Shown: piece by piece, positions 56,181 to 64,000 of the stretch | How positions within the stretch are numbered: the first letter of the stretch is position 1 | How the letters are laid out: each line of letters begins with the position of its first letter | Origin: the human T2T-CHM13v2.0 reference genome, Homo sapiens | Length of the DNA stretch: 64,000 nt | Strand: one strand, 5' to 3' | Assembly: GCF_009914755.1 (NCBI RefSeq) | Contig: NC_060928.1 | The notes under the pieces: model-generated | What the model was told of the DNA's origin: nothing | The model's input: the letters and a program-made list of their open reading frames with translations, nothing else | The model's database searches: none | Position numbers and translations under genes: made by a program

Positions 56181-57194
56181 AACCATTGACTTGTGCCCTT
56201 TAAATGGGCAAATTGTGAACTCTATCTCAATGAAGCTATTTAAAAAGACCCCACAATACCAAAAGAAGAAATGCTTATGGGGAGTTTATAATAAACTGGA
56301 AATCTGCTAAATAGGAAATATGAGTTGGGAAACACAGGGATGTTTGGGATACAACATGGCACAGATGGTTTGAGATCAACTATGATTACATGGAAAGAAA
56401 AAACGAAAGAAAACTGGCCAGAAAGTTAGGCTAACTATGATTGCATAGTCAGTGGTTTTATTTTCTTCTTAGCACCTCTCTGGACTTTGCAAACTTCCTC
56501 ACATCAATGAGAATGGAGGACATCCCTCTCAGAGCCACTCCACAGAGGAGTGCAGAGCTCTCTGCAGGGCCAGGACCCTTCCCGTGGGGGCATCCAGCCC
56601 CCTGGAGTCTGCAGCTGGGGAAGTGAGACACAGTGACTGGGACTGGGATGGGTGTGGCCACCCGTCTCCCCGCCAGGTAGAGTTGCTGGATGCGGGTTTG
56701 AAAGAAGGTGGCCTGAGGCCAGGTCCAGCTCTCCGCCAGCTGCCTTTTTCTTGCCAGAAAAGCCACTCTGCGCTCACTGTTCCATTCCCCTCCGCATTCT
56801 GAATGCTTTTGGGTCCTGGGTACCAGCTGTGGGAGCTGCAGAGGGGAGCCTTGGGGATCCAAGGGTACACCCCATTCCACCCTCTCCAGACTGGCCTCTG
56901 CGGCAGCCAGTGGGAGCTCTCTAAAACTCCAATGTGGCCCAGCATTCCCTGCACCAAGGCCTTCCTCAGTGCCCCTCCCTACAGCCTCATCCCCAGCCCC
57001 ACCCTATCCTCCCAGCCAAACCCCAGAGGCCAGCTCCTGCAACCTCCTCGAGAGGGGCTCCCACACCAGGCACAGCCCCTCTCCATTCTCGAGACCCCCC
57101 TGGTCACCTGTCGCTTCCCCCATGGACCATGGGCCAATCCAGGGATGGGGACAGTCCACCTGCCTGACCAGCACCACAGCACTGAGGCAAGGAG

Positions 57195-57515
57195 GGGCTG
57201 CAGGGTTGGGGGGGGTCTGTGAATCCAGAGGGTGGGCTACAGGGTGGGGGGGTCTGTGAACCCAGAGAGGGTGGGCTGCAGGGTGGGGGGTCTGTGAACC
57301 CAGAGAGGGTGGGCTACAGGGTGGGGGGGTCTGTGAACCCAGAGAGGGTGGGCTACAGGGTGGGGGCGTCTGTGAACCCAGAGAAGGTGGGCTGCAGGAT
57401 GGTGGGATCTGTGAATCCGGAGGGTGGGCTGCAGGATGGGGGTTGGGGGTCTGTGAATCCGAAGGGTGGGCTGCAGGATGGGGGTTGGGGGTCTGTGAAT
57501 CTGGAGGGTGGGGTT
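57195..57515. repeat. G-rich minisatellite, ~36-42 bp x ~8
   Basis: Unit approximately gggtgggct(g/a)cagggtggggggtctgtgaacccagaga. Confidence 0.93.
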
Positions 57516-58059
57516 TGGTCCTAGTTGCCCCATGGGATTTATCTTATTGAACAAAACGCAGAAAAGGGCATAATGTGTAATTTTCACACAGGGAACATGC
57601 CCACATGACTACCTCCCAGACCAAGGCACACAAAGCTATCAGCACCTCAGAAGCTCCCCCTGCATAATTGCTATCTGCCCTGCCTCCCGGGCGACCCCGC
57701 TGTGCCTCCTATGGGGACGAGGTCCTGGTGTGGGCTCTCTTCCATCTTCCGTGCCTCTGAGTCCCAATCTAGACAGCAAACGGCTGGGCCAAAACATCTC
57801 AAGGCACTTCCCACATGCTCTGAATTTGTCAAGAGGCACAGAAGAGAGCATCACAAGGCAGGCTTCCTGGAGGAGGTGGCACTGGGCAGGCCCTGGACAG
57901 CTGATGAGGGTGTCCATTGGCTGAGCTGGCAGGAATAGGGAGGTGAAGCTGCAGCCAGACAGATTCTTGCACAAACACACACAAATCTCCCAGTCAACTC
58001 CCAGGGGGGCAGTTAGGCCCTAGCTCAGAGCGGGCAGGGGCCCGGCCCGCCGCGCTTAC

Positions 58060-58153
58060 CTCCAGCACGCGCCCCGTGATGTATTTCTCACAGCTGTCAC
58101 AGCGGATGCCGAACTTGGCGTGATAGTCAGCTTCGCAGTAGGGCAGCCCATCC
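58060..58153 (-). CDS. ABLIM2: ABLIM2 exon, 94 bp, end of LIM3 and start of LIM4: (K)DGLPYCEADYHAKFGIRCDSCEKYITGRVLE
   Basis: CAG acceptor (58154-58156) and GTAAGC donor. Phase 2 to 0, continuing the previous exon's frame. Not in the ORF track; read directly. Confidence 0.97.
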
Positions 58154-61107
58154 CTGCAATGAGACAGGCAGTCAACACAGGGCGGGTGTCGCCCGAGGAC
58201 CCTTGAGATCTAACAACCCTCACCAACAAGAGAGTCTGCCCTCAAAGTGGGGGAATGCCCACCTCCTCCTGCTCAGGTAACAATGCTTCCAACAGGCAGT
58301 GTCATTGGGCTCTCACAGACACCAGCCCCATGAGAAATATGATGACAATGGTCCCATTTCACAGACGGAGAAACTGAGGAGCACAGGCCAGACCACCTGC
58401 CCAGTGGGTGGGAGGGGCTGACAGCAGCAGCTTCTGGGAAACGAGAGCTGCTTCTGTAGACCTGGCTCTTCTTTCTGGCTCCTTCCATCCAAAGTTCAAC
58501 ATCTGGGGTGCCTTAGAAAACTGTGAGCCAAAGAGGGGGGACAGTAAGGGCACCCACATTGGGAACAGGGCTGGAGAATGACAGAAAGCCCAGATGAGGG
58601 TGTGGTAGGTTAGGACAAGACTTTACTGTCCCCCCTGCATCCTGGCCTGCATCACAGCCCCCGAATATGAGGGGTGACAAAGGCTGGCTCTGGCCACACT
58701 TGGAGAGGCCTGGCCTTCCGCAGTGCAGGAAAGAGCAGGAGGGCTGCACGTATGCGTCCATCCCCTCTCCCCACGCACACGTGCGGCCTGCCTGCTATGT
58801 GCCAGGTGCATAGGGCTCAGGGAATTGGTGTCGAATGCCCATCATCCTGGGCCTGCCCCTCCAGCAGAGGCTTCCTCCGAGTCTCCATAAATGAGCTACA
58901 GAGAAAAGCCGTCTGCGGGGTCATCCCTGGCACAGCTCCTGAGCTGACCTTCACACCCGTTATCATGATTATTAAGAGATCAACATGCCAAGATGGATGG
59001 CTGTGCAGATGTGGGGACAGCAGGTCAGCAGTGGCCACACTCGGTGTGGGGAGGCGCTGCTCTGCTGAGCCGTGGTTGAGTGAACAGGCCTGTGCTCAAA
59101 TGCCACATCCCAGCTGTGTGACCCTGGGCAACTCACTTAACCTCTCTGAGCCTCAGCTTCCCCAACTGCATAATGGGGGAAATAATAGTAAGGACTAATG
59201 AAGAGAATGGCAGGCACTCTCCAAGGTGGCTGAAGCATTGTCATTACTAACCAGGGCTGTCCTCTCAGCCCCGGCCAGACCCAGCACGTGTGGGGGTGAC
59301 TGGCACAGAGCGAGGTACCTGCCACTCCAATGCGCCCCTTCCAGCATCGCTGAAGTTGCTGTAGTGTTCCAAATTTGGTTTGAGTTTTTGCACAGCTACT
59401 AGAGAAGGGAGGATTTCTCAGGCTGTCATGGATTAGACCCCAGCTCACGTTCTTTTCCTCCAAGCTCCGGGCTGTTGCTAGGTCCCCAGGATGTGGGGTC
59501 ATGAGCCCCGGGCCTGGGTGCCCCTCTCTGGCTGCGGCCTGGAAGTGGCCCACAGCTGGGATAAGCCATCGCTCAGAGAGTGGCAGCCCTTCCTTCCATG
59601 TGAGGGGGAGACATACAATGAGTCCTCAGGCTTACTTCCAAATGCCGCTGACCTCAGGACTCCCGTAATAACCCACAAACGAGTGTTATTTGCAGCAAAT
59701 GGGAAGTTAAAGATAACATCTCCATGGCAACACCAACGCCCTCCTTGTCAATTCTGGGACAGCTCTGGAGGCTGCTAAGTAACATGCACGGTGTGGGTGA
59801 GCTGCCAACGCTGCGGGAGGGGCCTGCCGCCTGCACGGGGCTGGGCATTTTCATTTTATATTAAAGTGCTGCGTGCACCACACCGGGCGGTCCCTGGATG
59901 ACCGTGACACAGGCGGGGAAACTCATGCACCGCACAGGTCCCTCACCCTGGGTGCAAGCTCACCTTGGTTTGGAGGTTTTACTTAAAATGATGTCTTGAA
60001 GATCATTGCAGATTCCCCAGCAGTTGTAAGAAACAATACAGAGAGGTCCCATGTACCCTTCGCCTAGTTTCCCCCAGTGGTGATGCAGAATTAGTATACA
60101 CCCTCAGCCAGGAAGTCAACACGGGCACATCCACCGACGTGATTCAGGTTCCGTGTGACATGTGCTCGAATGTGCATGCATATGCGTGCGTGCGTGTGTG
60201 TGTGTGTGCGCGCGCCTCACTCCATGCAGTTTTATCACAGGGCGTTTTTCATCCCCATCAATTCCTGTGATGATTTTGTTCCCATTGGGCATTGAGAACA
60301 AGCACAGCATAGATAAAAGTGGCCAGAAGACCCTCTAGCTCCCAGGAAGGGGCCCTCTGCGCTCAGAGGAGCTGCCCGCCTTCAGCTCGTCCACATATTC
60401 GCCCCTCACCTGCACCATGCGGAAGGCTTGCCTGCCTCAGGTCCCCAATCCCCCAGGGTTAAAACCGACCCCCAGCTCCTGGCCCTGAGCTGCCTCCATT
60501 CAAGGCCATTATCTTCCCAGAAGCCTTCCCTGGTTCCCAAATCGGCCACCACCCCAGTGTGACTGCACATTTGTGGGACATGTTTGGTGTCGATGGCAGC
60601 TGCCCCAGGGGCCCCCGCTCTGCAGAAGACAGAGTGCGTGGCTGTGGGGCCCCAGCCCTGACACCTGGGATGGGTCAGCCCCCTCTCCTCATCTCCATGC
60701 TGGCTTCTGCTGACATTGCTTCACCTCCTGCAGGACATCCAGGCGCCGGAAAGGCAGCTGATCCCATGGGGATGGTGGAGGGGGACTGCGACGGGGAGGG
60801 AAGGCACTTCAAAAACTCAGCACTGGCAGCCCTGGTAGCTCTGCTTCTCATCCAAAAAAAGGAGCCGGATGCTGCAAATGCCGTTAGAGAAGCCAGGGCT
60901 GGCCAGGGAAGGGGGACATAAGGCTGTTGGGACAAATTCGCTGAGCTCTGAGCCATGCTTCTCACCCAGCAGCAGGGCAGTAGTAGCTGTGTGAGGAATA
61001 GGAGAGACACAGAGAGGGTGGCGCTGGGGACACGTGCAGAGTGTGGGACCCCCACAGAGTAGGGAAGCCTGAGCGGAGGCTCTCACTAGAGCCCTCCCCC
61101 CACTTAC

Positions 61108-61234
61108 TTGCTGATGTACTCGGCATTCAGGAGCTTCCCACAGCTCTTGCACTTAAAACAGCCCAAGTGCCAGTGCTTGTCCAAGGCTACCAGGGCCTGG
61201 CCATTCTTGATTTCTGTGCCGCAGCCCCCACAAC
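61108..61234 (-). CDS. ABLIM2: ABLIM2 exon, 127 bp, LIM3 N-terminal part: CGGCGTEIKNGQALVALDKHWHLGCFKCKSCGKLLNAEYISK
   Basis: Pyrimidine tract plus CAG acceptor (61235-61237) and GTAAGT donor (61102-61107). LIM pattern CxxC...WHxxCFxCxxC. Phase 1 to 2. Confidence 0.97.
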
Positions 61235-63373
61235 CTGGAAGAAAGAGAAGAGAACACAGACACCCCCACCATTGTGAGAGGTGTTGGGGAGGCCTCCTGC
61301 TCTCCACACTCCGTGAAGGCCCCTGGGGCAGCCGGGAGGGGCGGGACAGACGAGCAGCCACAGCGAGTGTGCTTGGAGGAGTCTCTTACACAGCAGTCTC
61401 TGGAGCATAGGGAAGGCAACTGGGGAAGTTTGACCCTGCATGCATTGAGCACTGACTGCATGCAGCCTGGGCTATGAGCTGGGGAAACCTAGATGAAGAA
61501 ACAGAGGTCCTGTCTTGCAGGAGAGCGGAGTTGGCTCCTGGCACCGAGACGTACCAGGTTGAACCCAACTGTGACTCGATGTGCCCCCCAAAGGGAAATG
61601 GACCATATTAGAGAGGGCCGAGCCAGCCCCCAGCCCCCAACCCCGTCAGCCCTGGGAGCTCTCCCGCCACACCCAGCCAGCCAAACCCACCTTCTCTCTT
61701 TCTGCCATCCCTACGGTGACTGGCGCTCTCCACCCCGTGGCCACCAGCCTCGTGGGACCCTGCCTGGCCTCCTGGTGCCCTCTCTGTCCTTCCCAGCCGT
61801 GCCTGCCCTGCTCACTTGTCCTGTGTCCCAGGGCCTGGTCTTTGTGCACAGGGCCTCCAGGTTTTGGCCCTGCCCTGAGCCAGCGGCCCACAATCCCTCC
61901 ACCCTATGAGCCACCATACCGGGGGCTCCACAGCCAGCATCATGGGCATGCTCCCCTGGCAGAGCGGGTGGAGCAGGCTGGGGAGCTGGGGAGAGCCTGG
62001 TGCACGAGCCTGAGCGGGGTGCGTGTGAGTGCATGTGCATCTGTGTGCATAGGGTGTGACTGTCTAAGTATGTGGATGTGTCTTATGGGACTGTGAGCAT
62101 TTGTATGTCACCTGAGTCTTCCTGTGAGTCTTCCTGTGAATATATGAGGTCAGGGGCGGGGAGTGGGAGGCAGAGCGGCAGAGACGCTGTGACAGCATCC
62201 CCAAGGGAAAGGGCCTCTCACAAGGTGAACACCTGGTGACAACAGCAGCAACTGGGACGGAGCAGGGCCCACTGAGTCAACCACCCAGGTGTGCATTGAT
62301 TCATGGATCACACACGTCCTCACTCCAGGGACCTGCACCTGTCATAGCTGAATGTGCGTCAGTGTGTGTGACTGGTGCGTGAGTGTGTCTACGTATGTGT
62401 TTGTGTCTGCATGTGCGAATATGTCTGCACGTGAGAGTGTGTCTGTGTGTTTGTCGAAGTGTGTGTCTGCGTGTGTTTAAGGGTGTGGTTGTGTGTTGGG
62501 GGCATGACAAGGGAAGGGCCTCGGACCCCGTAATGGACAGGGAGGAAGAGGGTGTCTGACAAACAGGGCCTTGCCGCCTGCAGGAGCCCCTGAGTAATTC
62601 ACAGACCAAGCAGGGACCCCTCGTGCCCAAGGAAACCTCTACCCAAGATGGAAAGAAGGTGGCCCCAGGGCCCGACGTGCTGGGTACAAATCCTGGCCCC
62701 CACTATGCGCTGGGTCACACTGAGCGTATTCCTCCTGCGGGAGCCCCCATTTCCTCATCGTGGGGTGGGGTGATCACCTCCTCACTTGGTGCCTGCCCGG
62801 ATCCAGTGCTAATTTACACAGAAGACCTGGCCCAAAGCCTTGCGCATCCCGGGTGAACAGTGAGCATCGGCGAGACCCCCTGTGGGCCTGCTGTGCGGTG
62901 AGAGCTCAGCAGAGGCTGCTTCCCTGCGTGGCTTCATTAGTTTCTTTTGGCAGAGACCTGAGTCATATTGTTTTTAACAATTAAAACAAACGAACACTCA
63001 CAAAGCCGTTGGTCAAGCTCAGGATTTCCTAAGTGACCACACTGTGCACATTCACATGCTACTTTGGAAAACAGCCAGAGAGCAGATTCAAACTCTGAGG
63101 GAAAGGGGGGCCTCTTACTCATTTCAGGACCCTGGATGCCCAGCAGAGGCTGTGGGCTTGAGAAACACGTGGGGAATGAATGAATGAATGAATGGGAACC
63201 AAAGTGAGAGGATGCCTCCGCCCTTCTCAAGTCCAGGAGGCGACCCCCACATCACCCAATCTGCCGCGCTCCTTCCTGTGTCTCTGCAGAGTCAGACGAC
63301 GCACAGCCCTGACTTAGCCTCCTGGCTTCCCCCACTTAGCAGGTGATGAGGCACATTTTGCAAAGCTCTGCAT

Positions 63374-63575
63374 CAGTGGCTCTCAACTTGGGGCACTTTT
63401 GCCCAAGAGACATTTGGCAATGTCTGGCGACCCTTTTGATTGTCATAACTTGGAGGGGGTTCCAGGCATCTAGTGGGCAGTGGACACAGGATGCTAACCG
63501 TGCCAGGACAGCCGCCCTCAACAGGGCTCTCTGGCCCCACATGTGAATGGTGCTGGAGCTGAGATCCCCGGCTCC
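63374..63575. mobile_element. MER20 (hAT-Charlie) DNA transposon remnant
   Basis: cagtggctctcaac...gacatttggcaatgtctgg...ggcatctagtggg...ggatgct. Confidence 0.8.
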
Positions 63576-64000
63576 AAGCCTCTGTTGGCTTCTCTGCATG
63601 TCAAGGGAGCACAGCACATGGGGCTGTGTGTCGACCAGAGGACAGACAGCAGACAGCAGCGGTCAGATCCCAGCAATGCCCCCCACCGGCTGTGACCTGG
63701 GGAAGTCACTTCACCTCTCTGTGCCCCTGGAATGAGGGCACGTGTGATCCGTGAATAAATGCACACACGTTGACCGGTGAGGTGGGCCCACCTCTGCTCT
63801 CACTGCCACTGCTGTTGTTGCCAGGTGGTCCCCTCACGGGTGGCCTGCTCCCTCTGTGATGCCTTTATGGGCATCTCCACCACTCTGCCTCCTACCATAT
63901 TGGCCGGCGCCCTCCCCTGCCAAGAAGCTCCCTTGACCTTGAGCTCCAAACTGCAGAGGGGATGTGAACCTCACACCTGCCTCGGCCCCCTCATTCTCCT

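Noticed and set aside
59369-59378. CArG box CCAAATTTGG (SRF feedback idea)
   Set aside because: A few CC(A/T)6GG are expected by chance in 64 kb; single site without supporting context.

Overview
Human/primate genomic DNA: about 25 Alus, MaLR/ERV1 LTRs, old L1/MIR remnants, GC-rich. The whole window lies inside one minus-strand gene, recognisable from its translated exons as ABLIM2 (actin-binding LIM protein 2). I can place 11 GT-AG exons with continuous reading frame from 61234 down to 209. They encode LIM3, LIM4 and the Ser/Pro-rich abLIM/dematin linker up to the NIYRKPPIY motif, and include a 33-nt mini-exon and a 99-nt cassette-type exon. The start codon and villin headpiece lie outside the window. 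Almost all long ORFs in the track are artefacts of repeats, Alus or GC content. I see no convincing wholly new biological system. The best leads are regulatory: a CpG-rich candidate internal first exon that would give a LIM-less isoform (~52.3-52.6 kb); a solo LTR with four phased p53 half-sites (44351-44390); an LTR with three octamer motifs; an unusual GAG acceptor with a competing frameshifting CAG; a repeated H-[FY]-x-x-P motif ending three consecutive phase-1 exons; and repeat arrays that read as splicing-factor or splice-site motifs on the pre-mRNA strand. Repeat family names and boundaries are by eye and approximate.
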